Positions 9,148 through 16,955 of a stretch of 64,000 nt of DNA are shown one piece after another. The position numbers were made by a program, and so were the translations under genes. The DNA comes from Methanobacteriota archaeon (GTDB taxonomy: Archaea; Thermoplasmatota; Thermoplasmata; SG8-5; JAGLSY01): assembly GCA_020697715.1 (NCBI GenBank), contig JAEHCO010000003.1, positions 1-64,000 of the forward strand, written 5' to 3'. The notes below the pieces were generated by a model that was not told the origin of the DNA, made no database searches, and saw nothing but the letters and a program-made list of their open reading frames with translations. The first letter of the stretch is position 1. Every line of letters starts with the position of its first letter.

Positions 9148-9861
9148 CTATTTTTTTGAGTCTCCTATTACTCTGGTCGTCTTGAACCTTCCACCATCGA
9201 ACATCAGTGTGTAGAAATCTGTATTATGGTCGGTCGCCCTCATTTTGACACATCTGATCTGGCGCTGGACACTGACCCCTCCGCTTTCCATCATCCTCAA
9301 ATAGATGATGCCATCGGCAAGAAAATCTTCATCATATTTTGCATATGATCGTGAATCCGGGTCCATCTCGGATATTAAGAATGTGGTTATGCCCAGTCCC
9401 CTCAGCCATTCAAATAGATGAAATAGCTCTCCCCGGGGATCATCGAACTTTGCCAGTACATCCAATACTGGCAATGAATCTATCACCAATATATCATAAT
9501 CCAGCCTATCTTTGAGGTTCTTTATGTACATCTTCAGTACCTGGATCCAGGTATCTTTTTCGATGTCTGTCAATTGTTGCCTTACAAGGCCAATATCCAC
9601 TATCTCCAGATAACTCGAGACCTGGTCATGGTCCATCCCCATGCTTTTCATATGTCTGGTCAGGCTACTTATGTTCTGCTCAAGTGTCAAATATACCGAT
9701 TTGATATTATTCTGCGTGGCATTGTTGAAAAGAATATTGAAAGCGACAGATGACTTCATGGTGCCTGGCTCTCCGACCAGTAAAACAATGCTCTCGCCTG
9801 GTATTCCTCCTCCTAGCTTGTCATCAAATCCTTCGATATATGTTTTAAATCTATCCACCAT
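9148..9861 (-). CDS. KaiC/RAD55-family RecA-superfamily ATPase (single domain)
   Basis: TYIEGFDDKLGGGIP, Walker A variant GEPGTMKS, YLTLEQ, Walker B LVIDS, FLADGIIYL, IRCVKMRAT; SD-like GGGAAGGGTGG before ATG 9861. Confidence 0.9.
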   Translation of the reverse strand: MVDRFKTYIEGFDDKLGGGIPGESIVLLVGEPGTMKSSVAFNILFNNATQNNIKSVYLTLEQNISSLTRHMKSMGMDHDQVSSYLEIVDIGLVRQQLTDIEKDTWIQVLKMYIKNLKDRLDYDILVIDSLPVLDVLAKFDDPRGELFHLFEWLRGLGITTFLISEMDPDSRSYAKYDEDFLADGIIYLRMMESGGVSVQRQIRCVKMRATDHNTDFYTLMFDGGRFKTTRVIGDSKK

Positions 9862-9923
9862 GCCACCCTTCCCTCCTATATGCGTCTTGATGTTTAAAAA
9901 CCTTCCCAATGAAGTATTATTTA

Positions 9924-10054
9924 GAAAGTAGTCGGTTGCCGTAAGACCATCATTAAATCAATGTATCACCGCAGCGATTATAACGCTGCGTGTTTGGTCT
10001 TATGGCCTTGAATGGGAACATTCAGGCTATTTAGCCTGATAGTTTTCAAACGGC
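9924..10054 (+). repeat. Structured ~130-nt repeat element, copy 1 (putative ncRNA or ssDNA hairpin element)
   Basis: Homologous to 52440-52572; stem gccgtaagacca/tggtcttatggc, inner hairpin cgcagcg/cgctgcg, stem tgggaac/gttttca enclosing tcaggcta/tagcctga. Confidence 0.75.
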
Positions 10055-11587
10055 CATCAATTTCTTCGCTCGTTTGTAGCAGGCAATGGCCTCATCCCGC
10101 CTTCCAAGATTGGCCAGTATCTCGCCCTTATTGACCCATGCCGCGGCATATCTTGGCCTGAGGCGTGTGGCCATGTCCTGGCATACCTTTGCCTCTTCAT
10201 AGCGCCCCATCCTTGCCAGTGTGGTACCTTTATTGTTCCATGCAATGGCATATCTTGGATTGAGATCGATGGCATTCTCATAACATTCGAGTGCCTCTTT
10301 GTGCTTGTTCAGTCTGAACAGAAGATCTCCTTTATTGCTCCAGGCGATCTCATTCTTTGGATTCAGTTTTATTGCCATATTATGGCTTCTGAGTGCGCCA
10401 CCGTGTTCACCCAATCTTTTGAGTGTAACGCCCTTGCTTGTCCAGGCAGTGGCTGGCTTATTGCTCAACTTGCAGGCTCTGTCATAGTATCCCAGAGCCT
10501 CTTCGTATTTGCCTGCTTTGAAAAGTCTATCACCTTCCGCGACCGCCGAGGTGCTCATTCGGAACAGGATGAAAGATGCCAGCATTCCGCCCAAAGCTAC
10601 TCCAAAGAAGAGCATGGTGCTGAGTGAATTGAAATTTTCAATATAATATAATTCGAATATCAGGAATACACCGATCAGGCCGGCCAGTGTTACGACTATT
10701 ATCAGATCGATCACTCGCATTCCTATCAGATGGAGCTTTGAGACCTTTTCTTCATCGATGTCACCAGGTACGACATCGATGTCCTCTTCTATCTGGACAG
10801 GCTCTGATTTAGGCTCTGGCTTACTTTTCTTTTGTGGTCTTGTCTTCTTCACAACGGGCTTTGCCTTTGTTTTCACAACTGGTTTGGGGGTTGGCTCTGC
10901 AGTTACAGTCGGTGGAATATCTTCCTCCACATCCCCCAGAACATCGGAAAGGTCATCAAGCCCTTCTTCCATTTCATCATCCAGTACAAAATCCTCTGCC
11001 AGGTCTTCAAGCTCTGCCAGTCCATCTTCTATAGAATCCGCAAGTGATTCGAAGGTGGTATCTTCGACCAATTCTCCACTTTCGGTCATCTGGGCATCAC
11101 AATTGGGGCAGAGTTGGGTACCCATTGGGAGACTGGTTCCACATAATGGGCAATCGATCTCCTCTTCTTTCAGAACAAGCGAATCAAAGAGATCGTCCAT
11201 AAGGATATCATCTTCATCCTCTGCCACTGGACTTTGTGAACCTAGACCAAGATCCGCATCCACTTTTTCATCCTCAGCGATCTCACTTTGAAGGATATTC
11301 TCTAGAAGATCATCCATTCCATCATCCTTCTCGCTTGATGCCTCTGGCTTGCCTCCTATCTCCATTCCGCATTCATTACAGAATTCCGCGGTCTTCACAT
11401 TGGGCGCTCCGCATATGGAACAATCCATCATGTCAAGCTGTTTGGCCTTGGCAGCCTCTGCTTCAGCCTTCTTTAGTTGTTCGAGCTCTTTCTCAAGCTT
11501 GACCAGGTTCTCTTCGTATATCTCTTTCCTGACCTTGCCGTTCGCATAAGCCTGCTTCAGTTTGCTCAACCTTTCTTCAACTTCCAT
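10046..11587 (-). CDS. Membrane TPR protein: SHOCT-like N-terminus, two double zinc ribbons, acidic linker, 2 TM, ~5 TPRs
   Basis: Start MEVEER at 11587; CSIC...CNEC and CPLC...CPNC; TPRs AWTSKG, AWSNKG, AWNNKG, AWVNKG. Confidence 0.85.
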   Translation of the reverse strand: MEVEERLSKLKQAYANGKVRKEIYEENLVKLEKELEQLKKAEAEAAKAKQLDMMDCSICGAPNVKTAEFCNECGMEIGGKPEASSEKDDGMDDLLENILQSEIAEDEKVDADLGLGSQSPVAEDEDDILMDDLFDSLVLKEEEIDCPLCGTSLPMGTQLCPNCDAQMTESGELVEDTTFESLADSIEDGLAELEDLAEDFVLDDEMEEGLDDLSDVLGDVEEDIPPTVTAEPTPKPVVKTKAKPVVKKTRPQKKSKPEPKSEPVQIEEDIDVVPGDIDEEKVSKLHLIGMRVIDLIIVVTLAGLIGVFLIFELYYIENFNSLSTMLFFGVALGGMLASFILFRMSTSAVAEGDRLFKAGKYEEALGYYDRACKLSNKPATAWTSKGVTLKRLGEHGGALRSHNMAIKLNPKNEIAWSNKGDLLFRLNKHKEALECYENAIDLNPRYAIAWNNKGTTLARMGRYEEAKVCQDMATRLRPRYAAAWVNKGEILANLGRRDEAIACYKRAKKLMAV

Positions 11588-11681
11588 CGTGTTCCACCAG
11601 TTATTCTGATAAATTATTGCTACTCCTCCATATATAATTATGCACTTAAGGTTTTTTACCATCGAACCATTACAGGATAGT

Positions 11682-12446
11682 ATGAGAACGGAAGTACTCC
11701 TTTCCAATGGCATGATCCTCAGTTCGTACAATGCTATTTTTATCCCCGAGGCCGAGACCATGGTGATCTCCGATCTGCATGTGGGATATGAGGCATCTAT
11801 GAGAGCCGAAGGAGTGGCCATACCGGATTTCCAGTTCGAGGAGATACTGAAATCTCTTGGGGATGCGATGGATCATTTTTCTCCAAGCCAGATCATCATA
11901 AATGGTGACATAAAGCATGAATTTGCCAGGAATCTGGGGCAGGAATGGGATGAGGTATTTCAGCTCATAGACTTCATAAATGATAAGGATTCCAGTGTTA
12001 AGTTTGTCAGGGGTAATCATGACAATTTTCTGAAGACGATAATCAGCAAGCGGGATGTGGAGATGGCTGACAGCTACAGGATCGGCGATCTTCAGATAAG
12101 TCATGGACACCTTTCCAGTAAGTCATTGGTAACTCATGATGAGGATGTTTTCAATATATATGGTCATGAGCATCCAGTCCTCAGGCTTCGGGATGAGATC
12201 GGGGCCAGAATAATCATGCCATGCTTTTTATATGGCAAATCAAATAAATTTGTTGTGATGCCGGCCTTCAGCCCACTGGCATCCGGCACCAATGTCATAT
12301 CGCCAAACCGCAATTTCATGATAGAGGAATTGCGGGAGCTTGATGTTTCGAAAGCCAGAATATACGCCACTGGCGAGGGCGAGATAATGGATTTTGGAAT
12401 GGTGGGCGATCATCTCGATGAGGATGATGGCATCATTGGCCATTGA
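11682..12446 (+). CDS. Calcineurin-like metallophosphoesterase (COG1407 type)
   Basis: DLHVG, NGDIKH, GNHD, HGH, GHEHP, MPAFS. Confidence 0.9.
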   Translation: MRTEVLLSNGMILSSYNAIFIPEAETMVISDLHVGYEASMRAEGVAIPDFQFEEILKSLGDAMDHFSPSQIIINGDIKHEFARNLGQEWDEVFQLIDFINDKDSSVKFVRGNHDNFLKTIISKRDVEMADSYRIGDLQISHGHLSSKSLVTHDEDVFNIYGHEHPVLRLRDEIGARIIMPCFLYGKSNKFVVMPAFSPLASGTNVISPNRNFMIEELRELDVSKARIYATGEGEIMDFGMVGDHLDEDDGIIGH

Positions 12447-12459
12447 ATTTGACAGATGA

Positions 12460-13224
12460 TCATTTTATAGCGACAAATATCAATCTGTTTGCATCATCAC
12501 CAGCTTCCTCTCTGTCATCAAATTTACTGAAGCACATTATTTTCGAGAAGCCAGCACCTTTGAGGAATCGTAATATCTCATGATAATTGAACATTCTCAA
12601 CTGATGCAATTCATGGATCTCGTGGATGACCTCCCCCTTGTCATTGAATATCTGGCTCTGCTCTTCATGAAAGAACATGGCATTTTTGGTCTGGATACTG
12701 TGCTTTCCCACCCTTTTGCCAGTCAGTCTATCCTTCTGATGCTCACTGGCAATCTCATTCTTGTACTCGGCAAAGAATTTGAAAAAATTTGCTAGATCAA
12801 CAATAGCCATCCCACCAGGTCTCAAGGCCTTGTAAAAATTATTCAATGCCTTCTCCGCATCTTCATCCGTGTGCATGTAATTGAAGGCAGAGTTTATGCA
12901 TATGACCGCATCGAATTCCTCTTGCCAGTCTATCTTTCTCATGTCCTCTTGATTGAAAGTCAGGTCTATTTCATGAGCTGTTGCCTTTTCCTTGGCAACA
13001 GCCAGCATCTCCGAACTTAGATCATTGGCCAGAAGTTCATATCCTTTCTTAGCAAGAGGTATAGCATGCCTTCCAGTCCCACATGTTGCATCCAGAACTT
13101 TCTTTATCTCGCTATTGCTATATTTTTCAAATATAAATTCTATGAAGCTGAGTTCTGCTTCGGTCTGTCCCTCCTCGGTAAAAAGATCATAATATTTTGC
13201 CCATTGTTTGTACTGCTCTTCCAT
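12460..13224 (-). CDS. Class I SAM-dependent methyltransferase
   Basis: VLDATCGTGRH, DLSSEML, EDMR, FDAVIC, LRPGG. Confidence 0.9.
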   Translation of the reverse strand: MEEQYKQWAKYYDLFTEEGQTEAELSFIEFIFEKYSNSEIKKVLDATCGTGRHAIPLAKKGYELLANDLSSEMLAVAKEKATAHEIDLTFNQEDMRKIDWQEEFDAVICINSAFNYMHTDEDAEKALNNFYKALRPGGMAIVDLANFFKFFAEYKNEIASEHQKDRLTGKRVGKHSIQTKNAMFFHEEQSQIFNDKGEVIHEIHELHQLRMFNYHEILRFLKGAGFSKIMCFSKFDDREEAGDDANRLIFVAIK

Positions 13225-13285
13225 GCTATTGAAGTATAACATCATAGGCCAAATGCTTTTCTATGGCTTGCTACATCCACCAATC

Positions 13286-14086
13286 ATGGACATCATGCCG
13301 ATCCACGGTGAGCCAGTTCTATTTATTGAAGAACTGGCCACTATGATAATTGCCGACATTCACATCGGTATCGAATATGAGATATTCAAGGCCGGGGCAG
13401 AGATACCCAGTGGTACAAATGAGCTGAAGGAAAAGATACTTCAGCTTCTGAAGGAAAATGATGTTAAAAGGCTGATACTGGCCGGAGATGTGAAACATCA
13501 GGTTCCGGGGCACAGTTATCAAGAAGAGAGAGAGCTACCTCTCTTCTTCCAAGACCTGCTGGCTCATGTCGATGATATCCATATAACAAAGGGAAATCAT
13601 GATGGCAATATAGAGCATTTTGTGCCATCTGAAGTTAAGGTCCATCCATCCAGCGGGATGAAGCTGGATGATGCGGATATTGCCATATGGCACGGCCATG
13701 CATGGCCTTCGGAGGAGGTCATGGCCTCAGGAACTGTGGTTTTCGCCCATTACCACCCGACAACTCTATTCCTTGACAATTTGGAAACTCGCAATACGAT
13801 GAAGTGCTGGCTGCGTGGTGAATGGGACAAGAAGAAGTGTGCGGAGAGATATGATGAAATAGGTGGCAAGTACATCATGATGCCCGCCTTCAATGACCTC
13901 TGTGGAGGCACGTACATCAATGAGAAAAGAAGCTGGTTCGGGGTGGTCATGAGAAATCAACTGGCGGATATGAAAAGGTCGTCCATGTACCTGCTTGACG
14001 GCACCAATGTTGGAAAGGTGAAGGATAATCTCGTTAAGCTGGATAGGGAGTTCAAGCGTAACAGATCAAAACATGAAAGAACTTGA
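13286..14086 (+). CDS. Calcineurin-like metallophosphoesterase (COG1407 type), second paralog
   Basis: DIHIG, GDVKH, GNHD, HGHAWP, AHYHP, MPAFN. Confidence 0.9.
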   Translation: MDIMPIHGEPVLFIEELATMIIADIHIGIEYEIFKAGAEIPSGTNELKEKILQLLKENDVKRLILAGDVKHQVPGHSYQEERELPLFFQDLLAHVDDIHITKGNHDGNIEHFVPSEVKVHPSSGMKLDDADIAIWHGHAWPSEEVMASGTVVFAHYHPTTLFLDNLETRNTMKCWLRGEWDKKKCAERYDEIGGKYIMMPAFNDLCGGTYINEKRSWFGVVMRNQLADMKRSSMYLLDGTNVGKVKDNLVKLDREFKRNRSKHERT

Positions 14087-14107
14087 TCTGCTTTTTTCAA
14101 TCATCCA

Positions 14108-14644
14108 TCATCTATCATAATAAATGCTCTTGCTGCTGACACTAAGAGGAATTCCCATTATGACATTGGAATCCATAATACCAGTGTTCTTGGCCGCGAC
14201 CCCGATCCGGTACATGATCCTATTGTCCACATTGTTTATCTGGGCAGTCTTTGCCGCACTGCCCAGTGCGATCCCCAGATCAAGAAGTCTCAGCATGCAA
14301 TTAGGCCCATTGAAAACCCTGTCTGTGCGTGGTCTGGCATTGAATTCCGCGCATGTGTCGAAGCCGCATGATCCACAGTTCAATCCGATGCCTTTGTGGT
14401 CACGCACGCCTATCAATACCAAGCCGCCGGATGTCAATAGATTATTAGCATCTCGCTCGAAGCCAGGACTGTTCTCCTCCTTGGCAAGTCGTAGCATATC
14501 ATCGACCATCCTGCCGATCTCTTCCTCACTGGCGATCTTCACCTCGACATAATCCTGGCCGATGGCCTTTGGCGCAGTTATGGCCGCTATCTTCATCAGT
14601 TCCGCTACGATTTCTATTCCTTTATCCACAGTGAATCTCTCCAT
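14108..14644 (-). CDS. Ferredoxin-domain (DUF2148/COG4739-like) Fe-S protein
   Basis: AAITAPKA.GQD, NCGSCGFDTC, DLGIALGSAAK, VDNRIMY. Confidence 0.85.
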   Translation of the reverse strand: MERFTVDKGIEIVAELMKIAAITAPKAIGQDYVEVKIASEEEIGRMVDDMLRLAKEENSPGFERDANNLLTSGGLVLIGVRDHKGIGLNCGSCGFDTCAEFNARPRTDRVFNGPNCMLRLLDLGIALGSAAKTAQINNVDNRIMYRIGVAAKNTGIMDSNVIMGIPLSVSSKSIYYDR

Positions 14645-14699
14645 TTCATTTCGAGCTTTTGGATGCAATCACTTCGTTCTCGCATCCAAACCCTCTCCA
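14637..14699 (-). repeat. Start-site hairpin repeat (stem-GAGAACGAAGTGATT-stem), one unit
   Basis: Minus strand: tttggatgc-gagaacgaagtgatt-gcatccaaa-agctcgaaatgaaATGgagag; homologous to 16700-16805 and 60851-61010. Confidence 0.75.
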
Positions 14700-14757
14700 A
14701 TCTATCGATCTATAACACAATAGACGAACCTGATAAAATAAGTTACTGAATAATTTA

Positions 14758-15564
14758 TTAAGATGAATGGGCAAAGGGTCGCCTTAGATCCACCACATCG
14801 CCAACCTCTTCCTGGCTGGCTGGGATCACACTCACTCCTTTGACCTTATTGCTTGAAAGGATGGTCTTCACGGTCTCCAGCGCGACCTCCGGGGTATTAT
14901 TTTCCTCGCTGAGATGAGCCAGTGTCACGTGCTTTGTCTCGGGTCCGATGACCTTGATGAGAACATCACCGCTCTCGGTATTCGGCAGGTGGCCAGTATC
15001 ACTCAGTATTCGTTTTTTCAGATAAGCTGGATAAGGACCGTTCTTCAGCATTTCGATATCATGATTTGATTCCAGAACAAGTCCGTCACAGCCTTTCAGG
15101 ATAGGGATCACCCTATCCGGCATATGCCCAATATCAGTGGCAATGGCCATGCAACTGCCATTGCTTTGAATTCGATATCCCAGGGTCTGGCTGGCATCGT
15201 GGGGGACTTCGAAACCTAATATTTCGAAGTTGCCGATATTGAACTTCTTATCGGGCTTGATCTCCTTCTCCGCGCTCAGCCTCTCCTTATTGAAAAATTT
15301 CCCACCCAGTACTTTTCTAGTAGCGTAGATGGGAATATCATATCTTCGGCTCAGGACACCAGCGCCCTTTACGTGATCACTGTGATCGTGAGTGATGACA
15401 AGGGCGGTGATATCTTCCGGAGCCTGGCCTATTGCATCCAATCTTTTCTTTATCTCCTTTCCACTAAAGCCAGCATCTACAAGGAAAAGACCCTCGCTGT
15501 CCCAAACAGCGAGGGAATTACCACTGCTTCCGCTTCCCAGGGTGCAATAGCTGAAGCCGGCCAT
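14758..15564 (-). CDS. MBL-fold metallo-hydrolase (YycJ/PhnP-like)
   Basis: LGSGSSGN, THDHSDH, VPHDA, LESNHD, LAHLSEENN. Confidence 0.9.
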   Translation of the reverse strand: MAGFSYCTLGSGSSGNSLAVWDSEGLFLVDAGFSGKEIKKRLDAIGQAPEDITALVITHDHSDHVKGAGVLSRRYDIPIYATRKVLGGKFFNKERLSAEKEIKPDKKFNIGNFEILGFEVPHDASQTLGYRIQSNGSCMAIATDIGHMPDRVIPILKGCDGLVLESNHDIEMLKNGPYPAYLKKRILSDTGHLPNTESGDVLIKVIGPETKHVTLAHLSEENNTPEVALETVKTILSSNKVKGVSVIPASQEEVGDVVDLRRPFAHSS

Positions 15565-16689
15565 TTATTGACCCAGCTTTGATGCTATCTCTTTTGCCAC
15601 TTCGAGTGTGCTGGCAGTGCCGCCCATGTCGTATGTGAGAACTTTCTTCTCCCTGATGACCTCGGCGATCGCCTTGTAGATCTTATCTGCCTTCTCTGTC
15701 TCGCCGAGCCAGTCCAGCATGAGCTTGGCTGACATGATCTGAGCAATTGGATTCACTTTGTACATTCCGATGTACTTTGGAGCGGAACCATGTGTTGGTT
15801 CGAATACCGCATAATCATCTCCGATATTGGCCGCTGCACTTGTACCCATTCCTCCGGTCAGCATGCCGGTTATATCCGACAAAATATCTCCGAACAGATT
15901 GCTTGTGACTATAACTTCATAATCCTCTGGATTCTTGACCAGCCACATTGCGATGGCGTCGATATTGTTCTCTTCCATCTCGATCTCAGGATAATTCTTA
16001 TGGATCTCTCTGGCGGTCCTAAGGAAGAGACCAGATGTTTCCCTTATGACATTTGGCTTCTCGGCCACGGTCACTTTCTTCTTGCCCATCTTTCTGGCAT
16101 ATTCAAAGGCACTGGTTATAATATTGGTCGCTCCGCGCTTTGTGATGATCCTGAGTGATACGGCTATCTCATCATTGGCCGCGAAATCGAACTTCGCCAT
16201 CTTTGGGTTGTGTTCTTTTAGTGAGTTCCTCAGGTTCTCTGGGAGTGGATGGAATTCCACACCTGCGTAAAGACCCTCAGTATTCTCTCTGAAAACTGTG
16301 ATGTCTATGCCATCTCTAAAGTTAGCTGGGTTAGTTGGAAATGCCTTGCACGGGCGCATATTGGTGTGCATATTGAGCAATTGTCTCATACCCACGATTG
16401 GACTGGAATAAACAAATCCCTTTCCATGAAGCGAAGGATCCAATTCCTTGGCCGCTTCCTCTTTTGGCTTGGAAGTGATAGCTCCAAAGAGACAACAATC
16501 AGTGCTTCTAAGGAGTTCGATGGTCCTATCAGGCATTGGATTGCCTTCAGACTTCCAGAACTCCCAACCAATATCTCCTGGGATATACTCCGCATCCAGA
16601 CCCACTTCGTCAAGGACTATACGGGCCGCTTCCATAACCTCTGCACCTATGCCATCACCGGGCAACCAAGCGATTTTATATTTTGCCAT
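15565..16689 (-). CDS. Isocitrate/isopropylmalate/homoisocitrate dehydrogenase family protein
   Basis: LPGDGIGAEV, RENTEGLY, NLFGDILSD, FEPTHGSAP, TYDMGG; SD GGAGG before ATG 16689. Confidence 0.92.
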   Translation of the reverse strand: MAKYKIAWLPGDGIGAEVMEAARIVLDEVGLDAEYIPGDIGWEFWKSEGNPMPDRTIELLRSTDCCLFGAITSKPKEEAAKELDPSLHGKGFVYSSPIVGMRQLLNMHTNMRPCKAFPTNPANFRDGIDITVFRENTEGLYAGVEFHPLPENLRNSLKEHNPKMAKFDFAANDEIAVSLRIITKRGATNIITSAFEYARKMGKKKVTVAEKPNVIRETSGLFLRTAREIHKNYPEIEMEENNIDAIAMWLVKNPEDYEVIVTSNLFGDILSDITGMLTGGMGTSAAANIGDDYAVFEPTHGSAPKYIGMYKVNPIAQIMSAKLMLDWLGETEKADKIYKAIAEVIREKKVLTYDMGGTASTLEVAKEIASKLGQ

Positions 16690-16699
16690 ATCTGGATTC

Positions 16700-16805
16700 C
16701 TCCATTTTGAACCTCTCGATTCTCTCGAACTTTTGAATGCATGAATTGGGTTCGCGCATTCAATTTCGGACTCTTGAAAACAATCACTCATGTTCTCGTT
16801 TTCAA
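16700..16805 (-). repeat. Start-site hairpin repeat, two tandem units
   Basis: Minus strand: ttgaaaac-gagaacatgagtgatt-gttttcaa ... ttgaatgc-gcgaacccaattcat-gcattcaa-aagttcga...ttcaaaatggagg. Confidence 0.75.
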
Positions 16806-16955
16806 AACCACCTCATATTAGTAGTTAAAGGTGGGGGAAGCATATGGACTAAATAAGGGTTATTATCATGGAACACTATAGTTGACATTTTAGATGTATA
16901 ACGATGATCATTTATGGTGACATGGTTTTATAATATCAGGGGATTATGATTATTC

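Noticed and set aside
9924-10054. Hammerhead, twister, pistol or HDV-like ribozyme identity for the structured element
   Set aside because: Conserved catalytic cores (e.g. CUGANGA plus GAAA) are not shared by both copies by eye; left unassigned pending an Rfam search
11588-11821. Head-to-head overlap of the TPR gene and the phosphoesterase
   Set aside because: Artefact of longest-ORF calling; plausible starts are 11587 (-) and 11682 (+) with an AT-rich divergent promoter between them
14669-14671. Selenocysteine recoding of the in-frame UGA upstream of the DUF2148 gene
   Set aside because: UGA lies in a repeat-derived non-conserved leader, the homologous codon is Arg rather than Cys, and no SECIS or Sec machinery is visible
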